From an uncultured Alphaproteobacteria bacterium (GTDB lineage Bacteria > Pseudomonadota > Alphaproteobacteria > Rhizobiales > Beijerinckiaceae), in contig CAWEWH010000008.1 in the NCBI GenBank assembly GCA_963812775.1, positions 60,468 to 124,467 of the forward strand: a stretch of 64,000 nucleotides of DNA, written 5' to 3'. The translations under genes were made by a program, and so were the position numbers. The notes beneath the pieces were generated by a model that saw nothing but the letters and a program-made list of their open reading frames with translations, had not been told where the DNA came from and made no database searches. Every line of letters begins with the position of its first letter. Within the stretch, counting starts at the first letter, position 1. Of this stretch, positions 29,314 to 41,200 are shown piece by piece.

Positions 29314-29392
29314 CAGCGATTTCCACAAGAGGCGCTTGCCTTAACACCAACCTGAAGCGCCCGCCAGGGTGCCAAAGAGAGGAAAACATCAC

Positions 29393-29707
29393 ATGAAATT
29401 CCGTCCATTGCACGACCGCGTGGTCGTTCGCCGGCTGGAAAGCGAAGAGAAGACCAAGGGCGGCATCATCATTCCCGACACCGCCAAGGAGAAGCCGCAA
29501 GAGGGCGAGATCGTCGCCGTCGGTCCGGGCGGCCGCGACGAAAACGGCAAGCTCATTCCCATCGACGTGAAGCCGGGCGACCGCGTCCTTTTCGGCAAGT
29601 GGTCGGGCACCGAGGTCAAGATCGACGGCGAAGAGCTCCTCATCATGAAGGAGTCCGACATCATGGGCGTCCTCGAGGGGACGGTCGCCAAGAAGAAGGC
29701 CGCCTGA
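29393..29707 (+). CDS. groES: co-chaperonin GroES
   Basis: [46 protein letters not shown]... Confidence 0.95.
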   Translation: MKFRPLHDRVVVRRLESEEKTKGGIIIPDTAKEKPQEGEIVAVGPGGRDENGKLIPIDVKPGDRVLFGKWSGTEVKIDGEELLIMKESDIMGVLEGTVAKKKAA

Positions 29708-29750
29708 TCGGCCGATAGATCCCGACATGAAACACGAGACATTGGAGTAG

Positions 29751-31394
<1,644 letters not shown>

Positions 31395-31418
31395 GTCTCG
31401 CGCCTTAACGCAACAATC

Positions 31419-31460
31419 GAAGGGCCGCCGGGAATCCGGCGGCCCTTCTGTTTGTGGCTC
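31419..31460. terminator. intrinsic terminator AGGGCCGCCGG-gaat-CCGGCGGCCCT, then TCTGTTTGTGG, after groEL
   Basis: An 11-bp perfect stem followed by a T-rich tract; it is convergent with the SPFH gene. Confidence 0.7.
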
Positions 31461-32611
31461 ACGTCTCCTGCGGCGTCTTCAGCCGCACGAGCTTCGTCAG
31501 CAGCGCATCGAAGCCGCCGGCCTCGCCGGCGTGCAGGTCGATACGGCCCACCTTCTCCACCAGGCGCTCGAGCGACTTCGAGCTCCTTGAGGCGGAGCAG
31601 CAGCGGGTTCTCGTCCATGAGCTTGGCGGTGTTGAGCAGCGAACGGGTCGCCGCCGTCTCCTCATGGCGACGGATCAGGTTGGCCTTCGCCGTCCGCTCC
31701 GCCTCCACCACCTTGTTGACCAGCTCACGGATCTCGCCCGGCAGGATCACATCCTTGACGCCGAGCTCCGTCACCTCGATGCCGGTGTCGGCGATGCGCT
31801 CGCGCACGAAGGCGCGCAGCTCATCGTCGACCGCCGACTTGGCCGACAGCACCTCGTCGAGCGTGCGTGCTGCCACCGCCTCGCGGATGGCGAACTGCAC
31901 GAGCCGGTACAGCCAGCCGTCGAGGTCGGCCACCACACTCACGGCCTTCTCCGGATCGACGATCCGGCGGAACGCGGTGAGCGTCACGCGCAGCGCGATG
32001 CGATCCTTGGTCAGCATCTCCTGGGCGGTGATCTCCACCGCCTGCGGACGCAGATCGAGCCGCTTCACCTCGACCTTGCGGCCGACCGTCCAGTAGGCGT
32101 GGCGGCCCGGCATGAGCCGCGTCACCAACCGGCCCTCGACGTAGAGCAGGCCCGCCTCGTGGTTCTCGACCACCGTCTCGGCCACGTAGGCCGTGAGCTT
32201 GCGGTCGATCATCGCAAGGTGGCGCGGCTCGACCGTCGGGTCGGCCGTCACGTCGATGCGCTCGACCTCCACCTTGGTGGCGACCTTCCAGAACACGCGC
32301 GTCTGCCACGGCGCCATGAGGTGCAGCGGGCGGCCATCGAGGCGCACGATGGCGAGCTCGTTGGCGCCCGTCTCCACCGCCTCGAACAGCTCGGCCGCCA
32401 GGTCCGGCCGCGCCGCCTTGATCACCGCGTAGCGGTCGGCCGGGAACTCTGTCCGCACCACGGCGAACGTCTCGACATTCAGCGCCCGCAGCGGGTCGAA
32501 CAGCCGGTGCCGGCCCGGAGCGAGCACGCCGTCCAGGCGACCGTTCTTCATCACCAGGGCGCGCTCGCCGTCCTTCACCGTCACGGCCAGTGTCAGGATG
32601 TAACGCGTCAT
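31459..32611 (-). pseudogene. SPFH/band-7 domain protein, frameshifted near 31581-31590
   Basis: The main ORF loses similarity after ...LLLRLKELEVARAPGG. The true C-terminus SLERLVEKVGRIDLHAGEAGGFDALLTKLVRLKTPQET continues in ORF 31459..31665. Confidence 0.55.
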
Positions 32612-32943
32612 GACACATCTCCTTCTTGGCCCGCGGCGATCTGCTGCCGCGCGGCCGGCTTCGTTGAGGCCAAGGACGTGAGGTCCCGGACGCGTCTCCC
32701 CTTAGAGACGGCGGGCCTGGGCTTGAGCTCGCACCATGACAGGCGTGCGCGCACGCACCGCGCCGAAGCGCGGTGGCACGAACGCTCAACCTGCCATGCG
32801 CGCGGGCGGTATCCGCCCCGGCGCAGAGCCGGCATTTAGGTGTCTGGTACGGACGAGGAGCGAAGGGCTCGACGGCCGGACCGCGACTGAAGCGCGCGTC
32901 CGGTCCCCCTTCAGGTGGAATTCAGCTTAAGAGGCTGAACCGG

Positions 32944-33017
32944 AGCGTAGAGCGGGAATCGAACCCGCGACCCGATGATTGGCAGTCATCTGCTCTGACC
33001 AACTGAGCTATCCTCGC
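32944..33017 (-). tRNA. tRNA-Gly (anticodon GCC)
   Basis: Minus strand: GCGAGGATAGCTCAGTTGGTCAGAGCAGATGACTGCCAATCATCGGGTCGCGGGTTCGATTCCCGCTCTACGCT. It has a GCTC/GAGC D-stem, a GATGA/TCATC anticodon stem with loop CTGCCAA, and a GCGGG/CCCGC T-stem with TTCGATT. Acceptor pair 4:69 is an A-A mismatch and CCA is not encoded. Confidence 0.7.
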
Positions 33018-33269
33018 GTTAGGTCGAGTTTCACCTCGACGTGACCTTTCTCAGCGGAACACGAAACCACAGTGCGGCCCGCGCCAGCCGGGACAGGCGA
33101 GCCCGGACCCGAGGCTGAGCAAGGGAGCGGGCTTATGATCCCGCGCGCACGAAAAGGCAAGGGGGTTCGCAAGATTTTTTTGAGCCGCCCCGCGTTCACG
33201 ATGAGCAAACGTTCATTATTTGACTCCGTCAACTAATTGCGCTGAAGCTGCCAAGCCAGGGAGGCAATC

Positions 33270-34220
33270 ATGCGCCGGTCAAACCGTAAGCTCGCCCCGC
33301 GCCCCAAGGCCACCGATGCCGCCGTGGTCGCGGTACGAAAATTCAGCCGCTTCTATACGCGTCGCTTGCGCATCGTCGGCGACAACTATCTCGGCAGCGA
33401 CTTGTCGCTGACCGAAGGTCGCGTCCTCTATGAGCTGTGCAACCGCGAGGCACCGAGCGCCCGCGATATCGGCCGCGACCTCGGCCTCGATGCGGCATAT
33501 CTCAGCCGCATCCTGGCGCGCTTCGTGCGCCGCCGGCTCATCAGGCGCGAGCCATCGCCCGACGATCGCCGCGAGAATCGCATCGCCGTGACAGCGGCCG
33601 GCCGCCGTCTCTTCGCCACCCTTGACCGGCGCTCGAGCGACGAGGTCGGCGCCTTGATCGCGACGCTTGGCAGCGGTGACCGCGAGCGGCTGGTCGGCGC
33701 GCTCAATACGATCGAAGCGCTGCTTGGTACGGGCGACGCCAAGAACTATCGCCTGCGCGGCCCGCGCGTCGGCGACATCGGCTGGGTGATCGAGGCGCAT
33801 GGACGCATCTATGCGCAGGAATTTGGCTGGGACGAGCGTTTCGAGGCGCTGGCAGCGGAGATCGCCGCCGCCTTCGTCAAGAATTTCGATGCGGCACGCG
33901 AGCGCTGCTGGATCGCCGAGATAAACGGATTGCGCGCCGGCTGCGTCTTCCTCGCCGATGCGGGCGACGGCGTGGCCAAGCTGCGCCTCCTCATCGTCGA
34001 GCCGTGGGCCCGCGGATCGGGTCTGGGCCGCCGCCTTGTCGACGAGGTGATCGGCTTTGCAAAAGAGGCCGGCTATCGCAAGCTGACGCTGTGGACGCAG
34101 CAGAACCTGGAGGCGGCGCGCCGCATCTATGCGGCGGCGGGTTTCCGCAAGACCCATGAGGAACCGTACACCGGCATCGGCCGCGACCTCGTCAGCGAGA
34201 CTTGGGATCTCGAGCTTTGA
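33270..34220 (+). CDS. MarR-type HTH / GNAT N-acetyltransferase fusion protein
   Basis: N-terminal MarR wHTH (LSLTEGRVLYELCNREAPSARDIGRDLGLDAAYLSRILARFVRRRLI) and a C-terminal GNAT fold (RGSGLGRRLVDEVIGFAKEAGYRKLTLWT). Confidence 0.7.
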   Translation: MRRSNRKLAPRPKATDAAVVAVRKFSRFYTRRLRIVGDNYLGSDLSLTEGRVLYELCNREAPSARDIGRDLGLDAAYLSRILARFVRRRLIRREPSPDDRRENRIAVTAAGRRLFATLDRRSSDEVGALIATLGSGDRERLVGALNTIEALLGTGDAKNYRLRGPRVGDIGWVIEAHGRIYAQEFGWDERFEALAAEIAAAFVKNFDAARERCWIAEINGLRAGCVFLADAGDGVAKLRLLIVEPWARGSGLGRRLVDEVIGFAKEAGYRKLTLWTQQNLEAARRIYAAAGFRKTHEEPYTGIGRDLVSETWDLEL

Positions 34221-34227
34221 CCTGCCC

Positions 34228-34398
34228 TTACGACCCGGCGCCCCGTTCCTCGCGCAAGGTCATGACGAAGTCGTAGATCAGCAGCGCCATCACGGCGACC
34301 ACGATGATGATCAGCGGCAGCGCCTTCACCCACCACAGCATGATGCCGAGAAAGCCGAGCACCATAGCAATGCCGATGATCCCCGTGATCAATGTCAT
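34228..34398 (-). CDS. 56-aa two-transmembrane micro-membrane protein, translationally coupled to the amidase
   Basis: MTLITGIIGIAMVLGFLGIMLWWVKALPLIIIVVAVMALLIYDFVMTLREERGAGS. Its ATG overlaps the amidase stop (TGATGA). Confidence 0.5.
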   Translation of the reverse strand: MTLITGIIGIAMVLGFLGIMLWWVKALPLIIIVVAVMALLIYDFVMTLREERGAGS

Positions 34399-35793
34399 CA
34401 CACCCTGCCTTTCTTGCCGGCTGTCTCGTTGGGCCGGGCAGGTGCCCGCTTGGTCCTGGAGCGCGCACCGCTCTTCAGATTCTTGACCAGCCAATGGGCG
34501 GTGCGCAAGAGCCTTGCATCATTGCCGCGCCTGCCGACGAGCTGCGCGCCGATGGGCATTCCTGATTGCCCCTCGAGCAGCGGTAGGGACACCGCTGGGG
34601 TGCCAAGATAGGTCCAGATCGTGCAGAAGACGGGGTTGCCCGTCGAACTCGAGGCCACGCGGCGCCTCGCCCGGCGCCGCCGGCGTGAGGATGGCGTCGT
34701 ACTCGTCAAAGATGGGATCGAGCGCCGCGTAGAGTCGCTCCCGGCTCGCCACGGCCGTCAGGTAGTCGACGGCCCGTGCCTGGCGTCCGCGCTCGATCAG
34801 CTGCCGCAGACGGGAGCTGAGCTGCTCGCCGCCCTTCTCGTAGTCGCGGTGGAGATTGTGCGCCATCTCCACTTCCATAACGGTGCGGTGCATGTCGATG
34901 GCGGCCGCGAAGCTTTCCCCGACCTCCACTTCGCTCGCCTTGTCGCTAAGAGCCGCGACAAGCTCGGGAAACGCCTTTGCGGCGTCCTGTTCGACGTGCG
35001 TCCAGGCCGGCGACTTGACGAAGGCGAAACGCGGCGGCAGCGGCGGCGCCGCGATGGCCACGCTCGCCAGCGGCGGGCGCGCCAGCGGCCGCGTGTCGGC
35101 GTCGTCCTCGTCGAAACCCGCCAGCGTCTCGGCCAGCAGCGCCGCGTCCTCGACGCTGCGCGTGAACGTGCCGACGTGATCGAGCGTGCGTGACAGAATG
35201 AGCGCGCCGCTGCGCGGGATGAGGCCATGGGTCGGTTTGAAGCCGACGACGCCGCAGAAGGCCGCCGGCCGGATCACCGAGCCGTTGGTCTGCGAGCCGA
35301 TGGCGCCAGGCACCATGAAGGCCGCCACGGCCGCCGCCGAGCCGCTCGACGATCCCCCGGGCGTGCGGGCCGGATCGTGCGGGTTCTTCGTCTTGCCGGG
35401 ATGGAAGTAGGCGTATTCGGTGGTCACCGTCTTGCCGATGATCACCGCTCCCGCGGCGCGCAGGCGCGCCACGGCGGCGGCATCGCGCCGCGGCGTGCGG
35501 CCGGCCCATAGCGGCGAGCCGAGCTCAGTCGGCATGTCACCGGTGTTGAAAATATCCTTCACGCCGACTGGCACGCCATGCAGCGGCCCCGTCGCCTTGC
35601 CGTGCCTGCGCCAATCGTCGGCGGCTTCGGCCTGGCGCATGGCGTGCTCGGGATCGAGGAAGGCCCACGCCTCGATGTCGGCATCGACCTCGCGGATGCG
35701 CGCGAGGCAATCGCCGACGAGCTCGACGGAGGTGATGCGTCCCTCGCGGATGTCCGTTGCCGCCTGTGCGAGGCCGAGGGCCGAGAAGCTCAT
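34398..35793 (-). pseudogene. amidase (amidase-signature family), frameshifted near 34630-34710
   Basis: The main ORF carries the signature GGSSSGSAAAVAA. Its C-terminal segment (GNPVFCTIWTYLGTPAVSLPLLEGQSGMPIGAQLVG...) is found in a different frame, ORF 34398..34709. Confidence 0.6.
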
Positions 35794-35824
35794 ACGGAAC
35801 GTCCCGGTGCGCGTGCCACGTTAG

Positions 35825-37174
35825 CTAGCGCGGCGTGTAAAGGTAGTCCGGCAGCCACAGCGCGATCTGCGGGAAGATGTAGACGAGCGCCATGGTCGCG
35901 AACACCATGAACACGAACGGCAGCGCCCCGCTGAAGATGTCGGTGAGCTTGACGTGCGGCGGCGCCACGCCCTTGAGGTAGAAGGCCGCCATGGCGACCG
36001 GTGGCGTGTTGAAGGCGGTCTGCGTGTTCAGCGCCACCAGGATGCCGAAGAAGATCGGATTGATGCCGAAGTCGTCGAGCAATGGCAGGAAGATCGGCAC
36101 GAAGATGATGATGATCTCGGTCCATTCGAGCGGCCAGCCGAGCAGGAAGATGATCACCTGGGTGAGCAGCAGGAACATTGTCGGCGAGAGGTTCAGCGCC
36201 AGGATGAACTGCTCGACGAGCCCCTGCCCGCCGAGCAGCGCAAACACCGACGAGAACGTCCACGAGCCGATGAACAGGTAGCACACCATCGCGGTGGCGC
36301 GGACGGTGAGGTAGACCGATTCCTTCAGCATCTCGAAATTCAGCGCCCGATAGGCCGCTGCCAGCACGATGCTGCCGAGCGCTCCGATCCCCGCCGCTTC
36401 CGACGGCGTCGCCAACCCGAACAGAATTGCCCCGAGCACCGAGACGATGAGAATGGCGAGCGGAAAGAACGAGGTGAGCAGCGCCCAAGCGACCTCGGTG
36501 AAAGGGATGTCGGTCTGCTCGCGCGGCAGCTTCGGCGCCAGCGCTGGGTTCAGCGTGGTGCGGACCACGACATAGAGAATGTAGAAGCCGGTGAGCAGGA
36601 AGCCCGGCAGAAACGCCGCCGCGTAAAGCTTGACCGCCGAAACGCCGGCCGTGGCCGCGTAGACGATGAGCAGGATGCTCGGGGGAATGAGGATGCCGAG
36701 GCAGCCGCCGGCGCACACGACGCCGGCCGAGAGCTTCACGTCATAGCCGGCGCGCAGCATCGCCGGGAAGGCCAGCAGCCCCATCAGCGTCACAACTGCC
36801 CCGACGATGCCGGTCGCCGTGGCGAACATGGCGCAGGTGACCAGTGTCGCAACAGCAAGCGCGCCCGGGACATTCTTCATCGAAATCTGCAGCGAGTGAA
36901 ATAATCGATCGAGGATGTTGGCGCGTTCGACCAGATAGCCCATGAACAAGAACAGCGGTACCGCGACCAGCACGTCGTTCAACGTCACCTCGAAGGTCTT
37001 CTGCACGAGCAGGGTGAAGACGCGGTTCTGGAAGAGTTCCTGGCCGGGCGTGTAGTAGGCGTAGAAGCCGAAGCCCACGCCCATCGCGATCAGCGTGAAG
37101 GCGATGGGGAATCCCAGCATGATGATGAAGATGAAGAGGACCAGCATCGACATGCCAACTTGCGCGTCGGTCAT
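35825..37174 (-). CDS. dctM: TRAP transporter large permease
   Basis: 449 aa with 12+ transmembrane helices in the DctM family. Confidence 0.85.
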   Translation of the reverse strand: MTDAQVGMSMLVLFIFIIMLGFPIAFTLIAMGVGFGFYAYYTPGQELFQNRVFTLLVQKTFEVTLNDVLVAVPLFLFMGYLVERANILDRLFHSLQISMKNVPGALAVATLVTCAMFATATGIVGAVVTLMGLLAFPAMLRAGYDVKLSAGVVCAGGCLGILIPPSILLIVYAATAGVSAVKLYAAAFLPGFLLTGFYILYVVVRTTLNPALAPKLPREQTDIPFTEVAWALLTSFFPLAILIVSVLGAILFGLATPSEAAGIGALGSIVLAAAYRALNFEMLKESVYLTVRATAMVCYLFIGSWTFSSVFALLGGQGLVEQFILALNLSPTMFLLLTQVIIFLLGWPLEWTEIIIIFVPIFLPLLDDFGINPIFFGILVALNTQTAFNTPPVAMAAFYLKGVAPPHVKLTDIFSGALPFVFMVFATMALVYIFPQIALWLPDYLYTPR

Positions 37175-37788
37175 GCTCCGGTCTCCTTGTGGCCCGGCAG
37201 CGGCTTGGCTTCATTAAGCTCGGCCAAATGCTGCTTCTCGCGGATAACGACCGATTCGGTCTCCTCCACGTCGTGCAGCCGCTGCGGCCAGTAGCCCTGA
37301 CGGATGCACAGCACGCAGCGGATGATCTCCGCGATCCCCTGCAGCAGGAGGAAGAAGCCGGTGAGCGGGATGAGAGCCTTGAGCGGAAACACCGGCACGC
37401 CGGCCGGGCTGAAGATGCTCACTTCGCGGAAGCGCACCGACATCTCGGCGAAGTTCCAACCGGCATAGATCCATGCGCCGACCGCCGGCAGGAAGAAGAT
37501 GATGTAGAGGACCAAGTCCACCGAGGCCTGCACGCGGGGCCGCCAGAACCGGTAGAGCACGTCGCCGCGCACGTGGTTGTTGCGGGAGAGAGCGTAGGCG
37601 CCGGCCATCAGGAACATGGCGCCGTAGTTGATGTAGCTGAAATCGAACGCCCACGTGGTCGGGGCGCGCAGGGCATAGCGGACGAAAACCTCGTAGCTGA
37701 TGCCGAGCGTCAGCACCAGGATCAGCCAGGCAAACGCCTTGCCGACCCAAGTGCTGAGCGAGTTGATGAAATAGAGGAAGCGAGTCAT
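37171..37788 (-). CDS. dctQ: TRAP transporter small permease
   Basis: MTRFLYFINSLSTWVGKAFAWLILVLTLG...; its 3' end overlaps dctM by 4 nt. Confidence 0.8.
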   Translation of the reverse strand: MTRFLYFINSLSTWVGKAFAWLILVLTLGISYEVFVRYALRAPTTWAFDFSYINYGAMFLMAGAYALSRNNHVRGDVLYRFWRPRVQASVDLVLYIIFFLPAVGAWIYAGWNFAEMSVRFREVSIFSPAGVPVFPLKALIPLTGFFLLLQGIAEIIRCVLCIRQGYWPQRLHDVEETESVVIREKQHLAELNEAKPLPGHKETGA

Positions 37789-37893
37789 TCGTCGTTGAAC
37801 CGCGGACGTGCCGCATTGCCCCCACAAAGGTCGGGCGGCGTGGTTGCTCGCCGCCCTCCCGAAGTCATTACCACACGCCTTCCGGCGCTGACG

Positions 37894-39024
37894 CTAGCTC
37901 TTCAACACCCCTGGGAAGTGGTGATCGAAGGCACCGCGATAGTCGGTGGCGTTGTTCATGCCGTAGTAGACGACCCGCCGCACCCATTCCTTCTGCGAGT
38001 CCATGACTTTCTTCATGAAGGGGTCGGTGCCGAGCTGGGCAATGAGCCCGTCCCAGGCCTTGATCTGCGCCGCGAACACATCCTTCGGCGTGCGCTGGAC
38101 GTTGACCTTGTCCTTGGTGATGAGCTCCTGCAGGTCCTTGGAATAGTAGTCCATGGCCTTCCACTCGTTGGCGGACGACACCGCTTCGGCGCCGTATTGC
38201 AGGATGGCCTGCAGCTCCTTCGGCAGCGCGTTGAACTTCGTGCGATTGAACATGATCTCGAAGTACTCGGTCGCCTGATGGTGCGATCCCATCATGTAGT
38301 TCTTGGCCACGTCCTGGGCGCCGAATCTCCGGTCCGAGGTCGGGTTGTTGAACTCGAAGCCGTCGATGACGCCGCGCTCCATGGCTGGCACGATCTCGCC
38401 GCCGGGAAGCTGCGCCACCGCAAGCCCCATGGCCTGCATCAAGTCGGCCGCGAGACCCACCGTGCGGTACTTGAGGCCGTTGAGGTCCGCCGCGCTGTTG
38501 ATCGGCTTCTTGAACCAGCCGAGCGGCTGCGTCGGCATCGGCATGACGAAGAAGCTCTTGATGTTGACCTTCATGATCTGGGTCTGCAGCTCCTCAAAGA
38601 GCGCATAGCCGCCACCGTTGTGAATCCAGCCGAGGCCCTCGTTGGCGTTGAAGCCGAACACCGGCCCGGTGCCGAACAGCGAGGCCGCCTTGTGCTTGCC
38701 GTACCAGTAGACGGTGACCGTGTGGGCGGCGTCGATCTGGCCGCCGTGGACGCCGTCGAACACCTGGAACGGATGCACCACGGCGCCGCCGACCAGATAG
38801 TCGATCTTCAGCCGCCCGCTCGCCATGGTGTTGACGCGCTCGACGTAGTCCATCGCCATCTCGTTGAACACGTCCTTGGCGCCCCACGAGCCCTGCATCC
38901 TCAGGGTGGCGGTCTGGGCGCGCGAGATTTGCGGCATCGCAATCGTTGCAGCAGCGGCAACGCCGCCCGTCGCGAGGAATCGCCGACGGCTCGTCGATGT
39001 CGCGTCAGTGCGCGTCTTGGTCAT
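37894..39024 (-). CDS. dctP: TRAP transporter substrate-binding protein (DctP family) with a Tat signal
   Basis: SRRRFLATGGVAAAATIAMP twin-arginine leader followed by the DctP fold. Confidence 0.85.
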   Translation of the reverse strand: MTKTRTDATSTSRRRFLATGGVAAAATIAMPQISRAQTATLRMQGSWGAKDVFNEMAMDYVERVNTMASGRLKIDYLVGGAVVHPFQVFDGVHGGQIDAAHTVTVYWYGKHKAASLFGTGPVFGFNANEGLGWIHNGGGYALFEELQTQIMKVNIKSFFVMPMPTQPLGWFKKPINSAADLNGLKYRTVGLAADLMQAMGLAVAQLPGGEIVPAMERGVIDGFEFNNPTSDRRFGAQDVAKNYMMGSHHQATEYFEIMFNRTKFNALPKELQAILQYGAEAVSSANEWKAMDYYSKDLQELITKDKVNVQRTPKDVFAAQIKAWDGLIAQLGTDPFMKKVMDSQKEWVRRVVYYGMNNATDYRGAFDHHFPGVLKS

Positions 39025-39266
39025 GGTTCCTCTCCCTATTCGTGGCGGCTCTCGAGGCCGCTCGCTCGTTGACCTGACCAGCCCTGGTCAGAGTCGATTG
39101 TCACAGTGTGGCGAAACTGGCCGCGTTCCACAAGGATTCTTGGAGGCCGCCAACTCGTTCCTTTGGCCTAATACGCCGGCGACGGAGCGATCGTCCGCCC
39201 TGGGACTTGGACTATTCTGGTTGCGGCATGGATGGCCACACACAAAAAATTGACCGGCCGACCGTC

Positions 39267-40847
39267 TCAAGCATCGACGGCATACAATCGCGGCGTGCCG
39301 CCGCGGTAATCGCGGAAGCGCTTCAGCGTCTTAAGGTCCGCGCGGCCTGGGTCGCGAAGGATTTGCGGCGCGCCGTTGAGCTCCATGGTGGTGCGCTCCG
39401 GCAACCCGTACGGGCGCCAGCTGGGCAGCGCAGCATTGTTCGGATCGCCGGTGCGCGCGAAGGCGAGCCATGTCGCCATCATCGTGTCCATCAGCGCCGC
39501 CCGATCGGGACCGCTGCCTGTGGTGGGAACGGCGATGTCGATGGTGCCGAACACGTACGGGATCTCAACCGTGTGCGGCGACTTGAGAACGCCGCCGAGG
39601 ATCGGCGTGCGCCAGGTGAAGAGATAGGCGTAGGCCGGGGCGCCGCCCTGGGCGGCCTTGCGTTCGGCGAGCCCGACGGCGGTGCCGCGATACATGCGGT
39701 CGCTCGCCATGGCGATGAGGATATCGGCCGGCGAGTCGCCGGGCCGGCGCGCGCGGTACTCGGCGATGGCGTCGCGGACGCTTGCCGCATCGGCGCCGAG
39801 GAAACGCACCAGGCGGCGCTCGACCTGCTGTTCGCTGAGGTCGAAGTTGCCCATGTCGGGCAACAGGAAGAACGTCGCCTCCGTGTCGGTGGAGCCGACC
39901 AAGAGGGGCACGTCGGGGGATTCATCGGCGGCGCCGAGATCGAACGGCTGATGCGGCAGCGCGCGCCCGTCGACCACCGGGAAGAAGTCGTCGTAGCCAC
40001 CGTTGGCCGCAATGGCGGCCGTCATGGCGGTGAGCAACGCGCCGGCCGGCACCGTGGCCAGCGCCTCTGGTCCTTTGCCGGCGAGGCCGAGCTCGCTCAT
40101 CAACCGACGCGACGCTGCGAGCGCCACGCCAGGGGTCGGCATGCCGAGCGCCGATGACGCGCTCTGGGCGATGGCCTTGTGAAACAGCCCCTTGGCGGCC
40201 GGCATGTTCATGAGCAGCGCCACCTTGGTGGCACCCCCGGACTGGCCGAAGATGGTGACGTTCCCGGGGTCGCCGCCGAAGCTCGCGATGTTGGTTTTGA
40301 CCCATTGCAACGCCGCCACGAGGTCGAGCATGCCGGCATTGCCGCTGTCGGCGAAGCGCTCGTCGCCATCGCCGAAATATGCGTACCCGAAGGCGTTGAG
40401 GCGATGGTTGACCGACACGACGACCACGTCGCCATGCCCGGCCAGGATGGTGCCGTCGATGGCCGGGCCGCTGCCGGAGCCGACCGCGAGCGCGCCGCCA
40501 TGCAGCCACACCATCACCGGCCGCCGCGCCCCGTCGAGGCCGGGCGTGAACACGTTGGCCACCAGGCAATCCTCGCCGATCGGCACGGCGCGGCGCGTCC
40601 AGGCGAAGATCGGATGCGGCGGCGTCACCACCTGCGGCGCCGTCGGCCCGTAGTCGATCGCCTCGCGCACGCCGCTCCATGGCGCGAGCGGCCGCGGCGG
40701 GCGGAAGCGGTTCGCGCCACCTGTCGTCGCGCCGTACGGGATGCCTTTGAATATGTGGATGCCCTCGCGCACCACGCCGCGCACGCGCCCGCCGGTCGTC
40801 TCGGCGATGGTGGTGTCGGCGAGGTCGAGGGCTTGGGCTGTGGCCAT
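39267..40847 (-). CDS. carboxylesterase type B (para-nitrobenzyl esterase-like)
   Basis: GQSGG nucleophile elbow and the characteristic HGGAL oxyanion region; 526 aa. Confidence 0.85.
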   Translation of the reverse strand: MATAQALDLADTTIAETTGGRVRGVVREGIHIFKGIPYGATTGGANRFRPPRPLAPWSGVREAIDYGPTAPQVVTPPHPIFAWTRRAVPIGEDCLVANVFTPGLDGARRPVMVWLHGGALAVGSGSGPAIDGTILAGHGDVVVVSVNHRLNAFGYAYFGDGDERFADSGNAGMLDLVAALQWVKTNIASFGGDPGNVTIFGQSGGATKVALLMNMPAAKGLFHKAIAQSASSALGMPTPGVALAASRRLMSELGLAGKGPEALATVPAGALLTAMTAAIAANGGYDDFFPVVDGRALPHQPFDLGAADESPDVPLLVGSTDTEATFFLLPDMGNFDLSEQQVERRLVRFLGADAASVRDAIAEYRARRPGDSPADILIAMASDRMYRGTAVGLAERKAAQGGAPAYAYLFTWRTPILGGVLKSPHTVEIPYVFGTIDIAVPTTGSGPDRAALMDTMMATWLAFARTGDPNNAALPSWRPYGLPERTTMELNGAPQILRDPGRADLKTLKRFRDYRGGTPRLYAVDA

Positions 40848-40959
40848 GGCGGGCTCCCGTGGGTGGCGGACCTGGCGATTGTAGTCTTGCGCGATGACGG
40901 GCGACAGAGGACATGCGCGGTGTCGTCCCGGCCGAGCGAGCGGCGGCCACGCGCGCCAC

Positions 40960-41200
40960 CCTCCCCATCCGATGTCGGCAGAGCCGACATCGGCACCACA
41001 ATGGGCAAGTCGGGCAGGCCCGACTTGCCTGGGGGAGGGTCGGCGAGAATGCGAAGCATTCGAGCCGGGGTGGGGTGATCACCGAAGCAGATCTCGTTTC
41101 TCACCCCACCCCGATCGCGCTTCGCTGCGCTCGCTGCGATCGACCCTTCCCCTCAAAGGGGAGGGTGAAGGAAGAGGCCACACCCTCCCGTTTTCGCGGT
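40960..41200. repeat. cluster of nested G/C-rich palindromic (REP/RIME-like) elements
   Basis: CCACCCTCCCC...GATGTCGGC-aga-GCCGACATC...CAAGTCGGGC-agg-CCCGACTTG...GGGGGAGGG; GGGGTGGGGTGA-N22-TCACCCCACCCC; CCCTTCCCCTCAAAGGGGAGGGTGAAGG; CACACCCTCCC. Confidence 0.6.

Noticed and set aside
32600-33270. Genomic island inserted at tRNA-Gly
   Set aside because: There is no integrase, no direct repeat of the tRNA 3' end, and the flanking genes (SPFH, MarR-GNAT) have the native GC content and typical core functions.
37189-39072. 627-aa plus-strand ORF
   Set aside because: Antisense to dctQ and dctP, low-complexity.
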